From Bacillota bacterium (GTDB lineage: Bacteria > Bacillota > Clostridia > Tissierellales > Peptoniphilaceae): a stretch of 50,522 bases of DNA. Made by a program: the position numbers and the translations under genes. The notes beneath the pieces are model-generated. The model was not told the DNA's origin, did no database searches, and saw only the letters and a program-made list of their open reading frames with translations. Each line of letters begins with the position of its first letter. Position 1 is the stretch's first letter. Below, one piece after another: positions 35,568 to 44,908 of the stretch. The DNA lies in NCBI GenBank assembly GCA_023393715.1, contig JAEXCD010000091.1, forward strand, positions 1 through 50,522, given 5' to 3'.

Positions 35568-37103
35568 CTATCTCCGCGCGGCCGTCCGGCGTGTGAGCTT
35601 GTGGTAGGCATCGTTTACCATATGACGTATTTCGGGGATGCGCGCAAACAGAATGGCAATCCCATAGAACAGAACCGCGAAGAGAACCGCACAGAACAGC
35701 GCGAGGTAGAAGCTTGTCGAAACCAGCAGGGCATAGACGCCGCGGGCGAGAATGCCCATGGGGATGGTGATCAGCAGGATTTTCCTGCAGCTGCCGGCAA
35801 TGGCCCGGAGGTGAATGCGTCCGATCTTCCGGCGCAGCGCCATCATGGTTGCCGCGGCGCCGAGCGACAGGCTCAGCGAGGTCGCTGCAGCCAAACCGTT
35901 GATGCCGAAGAAGCGTGAAAAGATGAGATTAAAGATAATGTTCAGGACGACCTGCCCCATTGAGATGCGGACCGGCGTACGGGTATCGCCGATTGAGTAA
36001 AAGGCGCGCGTGCCGAGCGAGCTGAAGACCAGGGCGATCAGACAGGGCGAATACCAGAAGAGCGCGCCGGCGGTCATGGCTGTGGACTCCGGGGTAAAGG
36101 CGCCTCGCTCGAAAAAGAGGCGAACGATGGGAGCGGCAAAGATCATCATGCCGACCGCCGCAGGAATGACCAGAACCAGCCCCGAGACGATGGAGCGGGT
36201 CAGCAGCTTTTTCACGCGTCCGACCTGACGATTCTGTCCGAACCGGGACATTTGCGGGAAAACCGCCGTCACGATGGAGACGATGATGATGCCGTACACG
36301 AGCTGGTAGAGCTTTACGGCGTAGTCGAGAGCGGAAACACCCCCTTCGGTCGCGACCGTTGAGGCGACGGTTTTGTCGATGATGATCGAGACATCCTGGA
36401 CGACGATGCTGAGCATAATCGGGATCGCCAGCTTCAGGACGGATTTAATATGCTCATCGTGAAATTGGAGAATGGGGCGGTGCCGGTAGTGCACGCGCTT
36501 GAGCGCGCGCGGGAAGAATATGTACTGACATCCCGTTGCGACGATGGTACCCAGAGCCAGGAGAAGCATCGAGCCGGTCTTGGCCGAGAGAACGGCAAAC
36601 AGGATCAAAACGGCATTCATGATAATGCCGGTCGTCGCAGGCGTGCTGAAATCGTCGTGAATATTGAGGTAGCTGATCATACACGCATTCATCGCCATGA
36701 AATAGAGCGAAAACATCTCGATGCGTGCAAAATAAACGGTTTGAACAAAGCGTTCGCCCGTGTACCCGGCGGCCATGACGTGGACGATGGGCTCCATAAA
36801 AATCACGGCAAAGGCGATGATGACCGTTGTCAAAACGAGTAGAATATTGGTAAGATTCGCAGTGAAGCGATCCGCGGCCGGCCGGCCGCTTTCTGCCCGG
36901 ATGCGGTTATACATCGGGATAAAGCAGGACTGAATCGCTAAAAAAAGGAAGCTGAACAATACGGCGGCGATGCTTTCGGCGATGACATAAATATCTTTAA
37001 TCATACTCGTGCCGAAGGTGGCGCCGAAAATCATTTCTCGGATCAGTCCGCTGAATTTGGACAGCAGAGTAATAATCATCAGTTTTATGGTCGTAGAACC
37101 CAT
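35568..37103 (-). CDS. murJ: Lipid II flippase MurJ (MviN family)
   Basis: 511 aa, about 14 TM helices, N-terminus ..LLSKFSGLIREMIFGATFG typical of MurJ. ATG at 37103 has GAGG upstream. The 165-codon upstream ORF extension (to 37598) runs antisense into the neighbouring gene. Confidence 0.85.
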   Translation of the reverse strand: MGSTTIKLMIITLLSKFSGLIREMIFGATFGTSMIKDIYVIAESIAAVLFSFLFLAIQSCFIPMYNRIRAESGRPAADRFTANLTNILLVLTTVIIAFAVIFMEPIVHVMAAGYTGERFVQTVYFARIEMFSLYFMAMNACMISYLNIHDDFSTPATTGIIMNAVLILFAVLSAKTGSMLLLALGTIVATGCQYIFFPRALKRVHYRHRPILQFHDEHIKSVLKLAIPIMLSIVVQDVSIIIDKTVASTVATEGGVSALDYAVKLYQLVYGIIIVSIVTAVFPQMSRFGQNRQVGRVKKLLTRSIVSGLVLVIPAAVGMMIFAAPIVRLFFERGAFTPESTAMTAGALFWYSPCLIALVFSSLGTRAFYSIGDTRTPVRISMGQVVLNIIFNLIFSRFFGINGLAAATSLSLSLGAAATMMALRRKIGRIHLRAIAGSCRKILLITIPMGILARGVYALLVSTSFYLALFCAVLFAVLFYGIAILFARIPEIRHMVNDAYHKLTRRTAARR

Positions 37104-37187
37104 GTATGCCTCGATTCTGAGTGTATAATAGTGGGACGCATGAATTGTATCACATTTTCGGGAAACGTGTGGAAGGAAGGTTGTCGG

Positions 37188-38840
37188 ATGAGAAAGAGAG
37201 CAGCGCTGATCGCCCTTTGTCTGGGGTGCTTTGCGGCAATGGTGATGAACGGAGGCACGGCCGAGGCAGCCGAAATCGTGACAATTTCTTCCTTTGAAGT
37301 GTGGAACACGCTGCTTCCGGACGGCTCCGTCGATGTTCGGGAGCGCGTCGAATACCAGCTTTCCGGGGAAGGGACGACGATTATTCGAAAAATTCCCCGC
37401 ACGGACGGGCTCGCCGTGCCGCTCGAATACATCGAGGTGTCGGAAGAAGTCGACGGCGTCGACCGGACCTATCTCGAGAAGGAGGGCGCACAGGCGGGCG
37501 ACAGCGGTGTGTATGAGCTCGGGGTGAGCGCTTCGGAGCGGGAAATTACGGTGTACGTGCCGAACGAGGGCACACAGAGCCACACAATGCACTATCATTA
37601 CCGCATAACGGGCGGCTGCGAAAAGTATGACGACATGGCGCGCATTCGCATTCCGTCGCTTTCCGGGCTGGAGAGCTCGCCCATTGCCCGGTATTATTGG
37701 AGTCTGTGTGCGGAGCAGGGCGAGGGGTTGGAGGCGTATTATTACGGAACGGGCGAGGGACGCTTTTTGACGCCGCTGGCCGGCGAGGAAAAGCTGTCCT
37801 GGTTCGTCGAAAACGTGCAGCCGAACAGCGAAATGCGCTGGGAGGTGTTCACTACGCTCGCGAATGTTCCGGAGGGGCGCGATTATGTTTCTCAGAGCGG
37901 AGCGACGCTTTATAATGAAGCGAAGGCGGCGCTGCAGCGGCGGATCGATGCGCGCGGTCTGATCAACGTGTGGGAAAAGCTGGCGCCCGTCATCGAAATC
38001 GTCGTGGGGCTATGTGCGCTGTACATCGGACGGATTGCTTATACCGAGTGGAAGCTGTCGCGGAGCATCCCTGAGCTGTGGACGTTCCGCCCGGCGTTTG
38101 TGCAGTGCGCGTTGGAGCCGGTGCTCTCGGCGCGCGGGGTCAACGCCATGCTGCTCGATCTCGCACGGCGACACTATATTCGCATCGTGCGGGACGAAGA
38201 GGAATTGACGCTGCGGCGCGAAAAGAAGCCGGCGAATAAATTGAGCGAAGCGGAGAAAAGCCTGCTTCACGAGCTGTTCCCGACGAAGGATCAGGGCAGC
38301 CGTGCGCTAACCGGCCTGGCAGAGGAGCATAGGGAAAGCCCTCAAAAGGCGCGCGACCTTTTCCGGCGTTTGCAGGTGCAGCTGCGGCGGGAGGGAGAGG
38401 AGCTCGGGCTTGGCCGCGTCCGGGAGAAAGCGCCGTGGGCGCCGCGGATCGCCGTTCTTCTCGGCGCGGGCTCTCTTTTGGCAACTGTTTTTCTGCGAAG
38501 TGAGACCACGGTGCTCGATACGGCGGTGACCGTTCTTTTGGCGATCACGACATGGCTGGTTGGCCGCATGAAGCGCGCAGGACAGCATGTCATCGAGAAA
38601 GGCGCCGATGCGTTTTATGAACAGCTGTCTTCGGGTGCAGCGCAGCGCTCGAGAGAGGAGCGCATCGTGTGGGCCCTGGCGCTCGGCATGGCTCGGGATC
38701 GGGCTGAAAAGTTATTTTTGGCGGAGGGAGAGCAGAGCCTGTCGGCCGACCTGATTGCGTATTTCTTTGGTGAACGGGGAACGCGGCTGTGGTTTTCCGA
38801 CAAGGCGGAGAAAAATCGTAACGGCGAATCGGACGGTTGA
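37188..38840 (+). CDS. DUF2207 domain membrane protein (function unknown)
   Basis: Signal peptide MRKRAALIALCLGCFAAMV, an extracytoplasmic beta-rich domain (ITSFEVWNTLLPDGSVDVRERVEYQLSGEG) and then three TM segments with cytoplasmic loops. GGAAGGAAGG RBS. Confidence 0.7.
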   Translation: MRKRAALIALCLGCFAAMVMNGGTAEAAEIVTISSFEVWNTLLPDGSVDVRERVEYQLSGEGTTIIRKIPRTDGLAVPLEYIEVSEEVDGVDRTYLEKEGAQAGDSGVYELGVSASEREITVYVPNEGTQSHTMHYHYRITGGCEKYDDMARIRIPSLSGLESSPIARYYWSLCAEQGEGLEAYYYGTGEGRFLTPLAGEEKLSWFVENVQPNSEMRWEVFTTLANVPEGRDYVSQSGATLYNEAKAALQRRIDARGLINVWEKLAPVIEIVVGLCALYIGRIAYTEWKLSRSIPELWTFRPAFVQCALEPVLSARGVNAMLLDLARRHYIRIVRDEEELTLRREKKPANKLSEAEKSLLHELFPTKDQGSRALTGLAEEHRESPQKARDLFRRLQVQLRREGEELGLGRVREKAPWAPRIAVLLGAGSLLATVFLRSETTVLDTAVTVLLAITTWLVGRMKRAGQHVIEKGADAFYEQLSSGAAQRSREERIVWALALGMARDRAEKLFLAEGEQSLSADLIAYFFGERGTRLWFSDKAEKNRNGESDG

Positions 38841-38865
38841 AATGCCGGTATATTTGTGATAGAAT
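38837..38865 (+). promoter_or_regulatory. Sigma-A promoter of the FMN riboswitch/ribU unit
   Basis: TTGAAA (38837-38842, overlapping the upstream TGA stop), 17 nt, TAGAAT (38860-38865) with an upstream TG. Confidence 0.55.
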
Positions 38866-38871
38866 AAACGT

Positions 38872-38980
38872 GTCTTCAGGGTAGGGTGTGATTCCCAACC
38901 GGCGGTAAAGTCCGCGAGCCCGAAAGGGTTGATCCGGGGTAGTTCCGGAACCGACAGTAGAGTCTGGATGGAAGAAGATG
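38872..38980 (+). promoter_or_regulatory. FMN riboswitch (RFN element)
   Basis: CTTCAGGGTAGGGTGTGATTCCCAACCGGCGGTAAAGTCCGCGAGCC...GTTCCGGAACCGACAGTAGAGTCTGGATGGAAGAAG matches the conserved RFN core (AGGGT.A.TTCCC.ACCGGCGGT...CCGACAGT..AGTCTGGATG..GAAG). Confidence 0.85.
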
Positions 38981-39005
38981 CGATGCGTTGCGTTGACTTG
39001 CGATT

Positions 39006-39029
39006 ATGCCCCGAAGAGGGGCATTTTTT
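39006..39029 (+). terminator. Riboswitch expression-platform terminator
   Basis: ATGCCCC-GAAGA-GGGGCAT followed by TTTTT. Confidence 0.75.
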
Positions 39030-39066
39030 ATTGTCCCCGCGCATCGATGGTAGAAAGGAACTCATT

Positions 39067-39744
39067 ATGGAACAGACAAAGAAGTTAAAAGCGGCAGGTG
39101 AAGTAACGCGGAATGCAGCAAAGCAGTCGGACAAAAGAGGTGTGGTACAACAGCTGAAGGACTGCGGGAGAACCATTAACCTGGTAAAAATCGCCGTTTT
39201 GGCAGCGCTCGGTTTTGTGCTCATGCAGGTTTTTCACATCCCGATGCCCTTTGCACCCACATTTATGAGCGTCGATTTCGGCGATGTGCCCGGATTGGTC
39301 GGCGGCTTTGCGATGGGGCCGGTGGCGGGCGTCATCATTCAGTTTGTCAAAAACTTTCTGAAATTGCTGACAACGGAGACCGTTGGCGTCGGAGAGCTGT
39401 CGAATTTCATCGTCAGTACAGCCTTTGTCATCGGCGCGTCCTCCTATTATAAGAGACACAAGACGATGTCCGGAGCGGTCGTAGCGCTGCTGATCGGTTC
39501 GATCGCCATGACCGTGACGGCGCTTATTTCCAACGCATATTTCATTTTTCCGGCCTATGCCAAGGCTATCGATTTGGACTTGGATGCGCTGGCGGTTCAG
39601 GTCGGCAGTGCAAACCATCTCGTCAAGGATTACTGGACGCTGATGTTCTTTGCGGTCGTGCCCTTTAATCTCGTCAAAACGGCGCTTGAATCGGTGGTAT
39701 GCCTGCTGCTTTACAAGCGGATTTCTCCGATCCTGCACCGCTGA
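39067..39744 (+). CDS. ribU: ECF transporter S component, probable riboflavin transporter (RibU-like)
   Basis: Six-TM S-component pattern (FMSVDFGDVPGLVGGFAMGPVAGVIIQFVKN, GELSNFIV). It lies directly behind an FMN riboswitch. It carries a roughly 35-aa hydrophilic N-terminal extension. GAAAGGAA RBS. Confidence 0.75.
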   Translation: MEQTKKLKAAGEVTRNAAKQSDKRGVVQQLKDCGRTINLVKIAVLAALGFVLMQVFHIPMPFAPTFMSVDFGDVPGLVGGFAMGPVAGVIIQFVKNFLKLLTTETVGVGELSNFIVSTAFVIGASSYYKRHKTMSGAVVALLIGSIAMTVTALISNAYFIFPAYAKAIDLDLDALAVQVGSANHLVKDYWTLMFFAVVPFNLVKTALESVVCLLLYKRISPILHR

Positions 39745-39783
39745 GCACATGGGTGCGGCTGCGAAAAGATGGATACGCTCTTC

Positions 39784-39814
39784 AGCGAGACGGCTTCGGC
39801 CGTCTCGCTTTTTT
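39784..39814 (+). terminator. Intrinsic terminator after ribU
   Basis: AGCGAGACGGC-TTCG-GCCGTCTCGCT followed by TTTTT. Confidence 0.8.
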
Positions 39815-39916
39815 ACCGGGCAAAAAGGACAACGCCCGGGCAGATTAAAGTAGCGGGGAAAAGGAATAGACTATATAATAACGGATAGTACCCAGGATGA
39901 AAGATTGGGGGGAACG

Positions 39917-40387
39917 ATGAAATTTGAAACAAAGGAACAGACAAAAAAATTTGCCAGACATCTCGCGGCGGCGTTGAAGCCGGGTGATGTCTTTCGTTTG
40001 GACGGCGATCTCGGAGCGGGCAAGACGACGCTGGTTCAGTGGGTTTCCGAAGCGCGCTCGGTTCGGGAGGCGGTGGTCTCGCCGACGTTTTCGCTCGTGC
40101 GCCGCTACGACAGCGATCTCGGAACGATCAACCACCTCGATCTCTACCGAATCGAGGATCCGCAGGAAATCGAGGAATTGGATTACGAGGAGCTCTTTTA
40201 TCCGGAGCAGGGCGTCACATTTATCGAGTGGGCACAGCGTGCGGAGGAATATCTGCCGAGCGATATCGTATGCCTGAACATCGATAAGTGCGGCGATGAG
40301 GCGAGAGAAATTACCGTGACATCGACGGGCGAACGGGCCGGGGAGCTTCGCCGCGTCCTTTTCGGAGGAGAAGAGCCATGCGCATAA
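39917..40387 (+). CDS. tsaE: tRNA t6A37 biosynthesis ATPase TsaE
   Basis: GDLGAGKTTLVQ Walker A, SPTFSLV and HLDLYR motifs. The ORF-track start 39905 is a TTG. Confidence 0.85.
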   Translation: MKFETKEQTKKFARHLAAALKPGDVFRLDGDLGAGKTTLVQWVSEARSVREAVVSPTFSLVRRYDSDLGTINHLDLYRIEDPQEIEELDYEELFYPEQGVTFIEWAQRAEEYLPSDIVCLNIDKCGDEAREITVTSTGERAGELRRVLFGGEEPCA

Positions 40388-41100
40388 TCGGAATAGACAC
40401 CTCGACGAAGGCGACGGGGGTGGCACTTTATTCGGAAAACCGCCTCGAGGGCTGTACGATTGTCGAACAGGAACGGACGCGGGCGGAGGAGCTGCTGCCG
40501 GTGCTGGAGGAGCAGCTGAACGCTGCCGGACTTGAATTTGACGAGATCAATGCGATTGCCGTGGCCGTGGGACCGGGCTCCTTCACGGGACTGCGCATCG
40601 GCGTAACGATTGCGAAAACCCTGGCGCAATTTTCAGGGAAAAGGCTGGTCGGCATCTCTACGCTGCGGGCTCTGTCGGAGAGCGGCGAGGACTTCGACAT
40701 GGCGAAAATGCTGCGCTGTCCGGTCATTGATGCGCGGGCGGACCGCATTTTTGCAGCCTGTTATTCGGGGGTGGGAGCACCCGTTGAGGAGCTGATTCCG
40801 GAGGGGCTGTATACGGAGCGCGACTTTCGCACACGCGTCGAGGAGCTGCGGTCGACGCGGCCGGAGCAGGGAATCTGTTGGCTCGGCCAGGGCATGGAGC
40901 GCCATCGCGCGTTGCTCGAGGGATGGAGCTGTCCGGTGAAGGAAGCGACGGGTGCGGCGACGCATTCGCCGGTCGCCGCGGTGTGCCGTCTGGCGCAGGA
41001 GCGTCTATCCGCGGGAGCGAGCGATTCGCCTCTGGATCTCGCGCCGAATTATTTGCGGAAATCACAGGCGGAAATGGATCAGGGGAAGCGAAATGCCTGA
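40378..41100 (+). CDS. tsaB: tRNA t6A37 biosynthesis protein TsaB
   Basis: IIGIDTSTKATGVAL and GPGSFTGLRIG motifs. Overlaps tsaE by 10 nt. Confidence 0.85.
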   Translation: MRIIGIDTSTKATGVALYSENRLEGCTIVEQERTRAEELLPVLEEQLNAAGLEFDEINAIAVAVGPGSFTGLRIGVTIAKTLAQFSGKRLVGISTLRALSESGEDFDMAKMLRCPVIDARADRIFAACYSGVGAPVEELIPEGLYTERDFRTRVEELRSTRPEQGICWLGQGMERHRALLEGWSCPVKEATGAATHSPVAAVCRLAQERLSAGASDSPLDLAPNYLRKSQAEMDQGKRNA

Positions 41101-41593
41101 TCGCGCAGCGGACGGCATGCCGGTTCTGCGCGCGATGACGCGGGCAGACCTGGCTCAGATCGAAAAAATCGAGTGCGCAAGCTTTCCCGATCCGTGGACG
41201 GGTGCCGGATTGGAGGCGGAGCTGACGGCCAATTCGCGCACGGAAGCCGTCGTTTTGGAGGAGCAGGGGCGCATCTGCGGCTATCTGTTCGCGATCTATC
41301 TCCCGGGCGAGGCATCGCTGAACAATATTGCCGTTGCGCCGCAGGATCGCCGGCGCGGTCTGGGACGACGGCTGCTCGAGCATTTTCTGCTTCGCGTGAG
41401 GGCGCACGGGTGCGAGGAAGCGTATCTGGAGGTGGCGGTACACAATGCCGCGGCGCTGTCGCTTTACCGAAGTGTCGGATTCCAGCAGATCGGGATACGG
41501 AAGAATTATTACGCGAGCGTACACGAGGATGCGTATACGCTTGTTTGGACGTCGGAGACAGGGGGAGAAGAACATGTATCATCTGGCCATTGA
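41093..41593 (+). CDS. rimI: Ribosomal-protein-alanine N-acetyltransferase RimI (GNAT)
   Basis: GNAT acetyl-CoA motif QDRRRGLGRRLL. Conserved position between tsaB and tsaD. The start is ATG 41093, with ATG 41117 as an alternative. Confidence 0.8.
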   Translation: MPDRAADGMPVLRAMTRADLAQIEKIECASFPDPWTGAGLEAELTANSRTEAVVLEEQGRICGYLFAIYLPGEASLNNIAVAPQDRRRGLGRRLLEHFLLRVRAHGCEEAYLEVAVHNAAALSLYRSVGFQQIGIRKNYYASVHEDAYTLVWTSETGGEEHVSSGH

Positions 41594-42575
41594 GTCATCC
41601 TGTGATGAGACGAGTGTGGCGGTGCTTCAGGACGGCCGCCGCATTCTGAGCAATTTGATTTCCTCACAGATTGACATTCATACCAAATTCGGCGGCGTCG
41701 TTCCGGAAATCGCCTCGCGAAAGCATTTGGAGGCGATCAACCGCATTATTGCGGCGGCGCTGGACGAGGCGGGGCTGACGATGAACGATATGGAGCTGGT
41801 CAGCGTGACGAGGGGGCCGGGTTTAGTCGGCGCGCTTCTCGTCGGAGTGAGCGCCGCAAAGGCGATTTCCTTTGTACAAAAGATTCCGATCGTCGGCGTC
41901 AATCACATGGAGGGGCACATCTGCGCGAATTATCTGGCGAATGAGCAGCTCGAGCCGCCCTTTGTGAGTCTGGTAATTTCGGGAGGGCACACGTATCTCT
42001 GCGTCGTCGAGGATTATGTATCGTACCGCGTCGTCGGCACGACGAGGGATGACGCTGCAGGGGAGAGCTTTGATAAGGTTGCCCGCGTGCTGGGACTGGG
42101 GTATCCGGGCGGGCCGAAGCTTCAAAAGGTCGCCGAATCCGGAAATCCGAGTGCTTTTTCGTTTCCGCGCGCCATGATCGAGGAGGAGCATTACGATTTC
42201 AGCTTCAGTGGGCTGAAAACGGCCGTCATCAATCAGATTCATCAATTTGAGCAGAAAAATGAGCCGTATTCGGTGCCGGACATCGCGGCGAGCTTTCAAC
42301 AGGCGGTGGTCGATGTGCTGTGTGCAAAATCGGCGCGCCTATTGGACGAGACGGGCATGAAGACGTTCTGTCTTTCCGGCGGCGTCGCGGCGAACCGACC
42401 GATCCGGGCGGCGCTGGCCGCGCTGTGTGCCAAAAGAAAGGTTCGCTTTTTTGTGCCGCCGCAGATTCTGTGCACCGACAATGCCGCGATGATCGGCTGT
42501 GCGGGCTATTATCACTACCTGTATCGGGGAAGCAGTGGGTTTGGTTTTGCAGCAGATCCGGATCTCGGATTATAA
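41574..42575 (+). CDS. tsaD: tRNA N6-adenosine threonylcarbamoyltransferase TsaD
   Basis: AIESSCDETSVAV, GVNHMEGH and SGGVAAN motifs. ATG 41574 follows GGGGGAGA. Confidence 0.9.
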   Translation: MYHLAIESSCDETSVAVLQDGRRILSNLISSQIDIHTKFGGVVPEIASRKHLEAINRIIAAALDEAGLTMNDMELVSVTRGPGLVGALLVGVSAAKAISFVQKIPIVGVNHMEGHICANYLANEQLEPPFVSLVISGGHTYLCVVEDYVSYRVVGTTRDDAAGESFDKVARVLGLGYPGGPKLQKVAESGNPSAFSFPRAMIEEEHYDFSFSGLKTAVINQIHQFEQKNEPYSVPDIAASFQQAVVDVLCAKSARLLDETGMKTFCLSGGVAANRPIRAALAALCAKRKVRFFVPPQILCTDNAAMIGCAGYYHYLYRGSSGFGFAADPDLGL

Positions 42576-42602
42576 GGACGAAGAACAATCGAGGGAGTTT
42601 AT

Positions 42603-44876
42603 ATGGATTATGCAGCATTAAACCCGCAGCAGCGCGAGGCCGTCTTATTCGGTGAGGGGGCTTTGTTGATTTTGGCGGGCGCGGGCTCGGGAAAAACGCG
42701 CGTATTGACGATGCGCATCGCTCATCTCATCAAAGAGCAGGGGATTGCTCCGTGGAAGATTCTGGCCTTTACCTTTACGAATAAGGCGGCGGCGGAGATG
42801 AAGGAGCGCGTAGCGAATCAGATGGATCGCCCCGTCGATTCGATGTGGATCGGGACGTTCCATTCCATCTGCGCCCGTCTTCTGAGACGCGAGATCGCCG
42901 TTTTGGGCTACGATGCCAATTTCACGATTTACGATACGGCCGATCAGCGCACGCTGGTCAAGCAGATTCTGAAATCAATGCCGCTTGCCGAAAAGGTGGA
43001 AAAGCCGAATGGCTTGCTGGCCAAAATATCGGATTTGAAAAATCAGCGGATTTCGCCGTCGGACTACCGGGCAGAGGGAACGACGGATTTTGAAAAGACA
43101 GTGGCCGAGGTGTATCAGCGGTACGAGGAGGAGAAGCGCGCCAATAACGCGTTGGATTTTGACGATCTCATTCTAAAGACGCTGGAGCTGTTCGATGCGG
43201 CGCCGAAGGTGGTCGAGCGGTATCAGGAGCAGTTCGACTATATCTTTGTCGACGAATATCAGGATACCAACCGCGCACAATATGAGCTGATTTGCGCGTT
43301 TGCCGGAGGAAAGGGAAACCTGTGCGTCGTCGGCGACGCCGATCAGTCGATCTACGGGTGGCGCGGGGCAGATATTCACAATATTCTGGATTTTGAAAAG
43401 GATTATCCGAAGGCGCGCGTCATCTTGCTGGAGCAGAATTATCGCTCAACACAGGTGATTTTGGATGCGGCGAATGTGCTGATTCAAAAAAATGAGGAGC
43501 GCAAGGATAAGAATTTATGGACGGAAAATCCGAAGGGCGACGCGGTGCAGTACTGCCTGACGGGCAGTGAGTTTGAGGAAGCGCAGAAAATTCTGCAATG
43601 GATCAACCACGAAAAATATCGGGGGTACGCGTACGCGGATATGGCCATTCTGTACCGGACGAATGCGCAGTCCCGTCCTCTGGAGGAGGCCCTGATCCGA
43701 GAGGGCATTCCCTATCGCATGGTCGGCGGACTGAAGTACTATGACCGTGCAGAAATCAAGGATCTGCTCGCCTATCTCACCGTGATCGTCAACCCGCTGG
43801 ACGACGTCGCGCTGCAGCGCATCGTCAACCAGCCGAAGCGCGGCATCGGACAGACGACGATGAACAAGCTGCAGCAGAAGGCGTCGGATGTGGGCATGGC
43901 TCTTTTTGACGCGATGGCGGATGCCGAATTGATGTCGGATTTTTCCGCGTCGACGCGAAAAAAAATAGGCGAATTCCATGTACTGATGGAAGAGCTGCAA
44001 GAGGGAGCTTTGACGATGCCGATTGCAGAGCTGACGCAGGCAGTCTACACGAAAAGCGGTTATGAGGCGATGCTGCAAAGCTCGCATGCCATCGAGGATC
44101 AGACGCGCATCGAAAATATCGAGGCATTCTTGGCTGCGGCGGCACAGTATGAAGAGGATACCGAGGAGGCGAACATCGTCGAATATCTCCAGAGCCTGAG
44201 CCTGATGAGCGACCTGGATAAAACGGAGGAATCGAAGCAGGGCGTCAGCCTGATGACGATTCATTCGGCAAAGGGGCTGGAGTTTCCGATCGTCTTCGTC
44301 GTCGGGTTGGAGGACGGCCTGTTTCCGAGCCGCCTGACGATGGACGAGGGAAATCTGGAGGAGGAGCGGCGGCTGTGCTACGTCGCAATGACGCGCGCCG
44401 AAAAAAAGCTGTACCTCAGCGGCGCGGCCGTGCGCCGACTATATGGGGGACAGGCGGCGCCGCAGCTGCCGTCGCGTTTTATCGAGGAGCTCGAGGACCG
44501 CATCGAGAGGGACGTTCCGGAAGCGTCATTTTCTCCGCGCGGGCGCGAGGCGGAGGAAGGCTACCGCCTCGGAGAAAGCTACGAGGGCGCGGGGCGGCGA
44601 TTCCGTTCGCCAAAGTTTGCGGATCCGCAGGCGCGCGAGGCGTATGATGAGCGGCGCGACCGCATTCGCCGACTGGTGCAGGAGAAAAAGGCGGCGCTGG
44701 AAGCAAAGAAGGGCGACGCCTATCGCGTCGGCGATAAGGTGGAGCACAAAAAGTTCGGAGCGGGTATGGTCGTTTCCGTTGTCGCGAGGGAGGACGGCGA
44801 TGAGATTACCGTCGCTTTTGATAAGCGGGGGCTGAAGCGCCTGAACGCGGCCTTAGCGCCGTTAAAAAAGCTGTAA
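42603..44876 (+). CDS. pcrA: ATP-dependent DNA helicase PcrA (UvrD family)
   Basis: Helicase motifs AGAGSGKT, VDEYQDTN, YRS and TIHSAKGLEF. C-terminal Tudor-like tail VGDKVEHKKFGAGMV. ligA lies downstream, as in Bacillus. Confidence 0.9.
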   Translation: MDYAALNPQQREAVLFGEGALLILAGAGSGKTRVLTMRIAHLIKEQGIAPWKILAFTFTNKAAAEMKERVANQMDRPVDSMWIGTFHSICARLLRREIAVLGYDANFTIYDTADQRTLVKQILKSMPLAEKVEKPNGLLAKISDLKNQRISPSDYRAEGTTDFEKTVAEVYQRYEEEKRANNALDFDDLILKTLELFDAAPKVVERYQEQFDYIFVDEYQDTNRAQYELICAFAGGKGNLCVVGDADQSIYGWRGADIHNILDFEKDYPKARVILLEQNYRSTQVILDAANVLIQKNEERKDKNLWTENPKGDAVQYCLTGSEFEEAQKILQWINHEKYRGYAYADMAILYRTNAQSRPLEEALIREGIPYRMVGGLKYYDRAEIKDLLAYLTVIVNPLDDVALQRIVNQPKRGIGQTTMNKLQQKASDVGMALFDAMADAELMSDFSASTRKKIGEFHVLMEELQEGALTMPIAELTQAVYTKSGYEAMLQSSHAIEDQTRIENIEAFLAAAAQYEEDTEEANIVEYLQSLSLMSDLDKTEESKQGVSLMTIHSAKGLEFPIVFVVGLEDGLFPSRLTMDEGNLEEERRLCYVAMTRAEKKLYLSGAAVRRLYGGQAAPQLPSRFIEELEDRIERDVPEASFSPRGREAEEGYRLGESYEGAGRRFRSPKFADPQAREAYDERRDRIRRLVQEKKAALEAKKGDAYRVGDKVEHKKFGAGMVVSVVAREDGDEITVAFDKRGLKRLNAALAPLKKL

Positions 44877-44908
44877 TTTACCGGAGTTGAACAGAGAAGG
44901 GAATCGAG

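Noticed and set aside
37104-37598. 165-codon upstream extension of the murJ ORF
   Set aside because: It is antisense to the DUF2207 gene start and has no RBS. The MurJ-typical N-terminus begins at the ATG at 37103.
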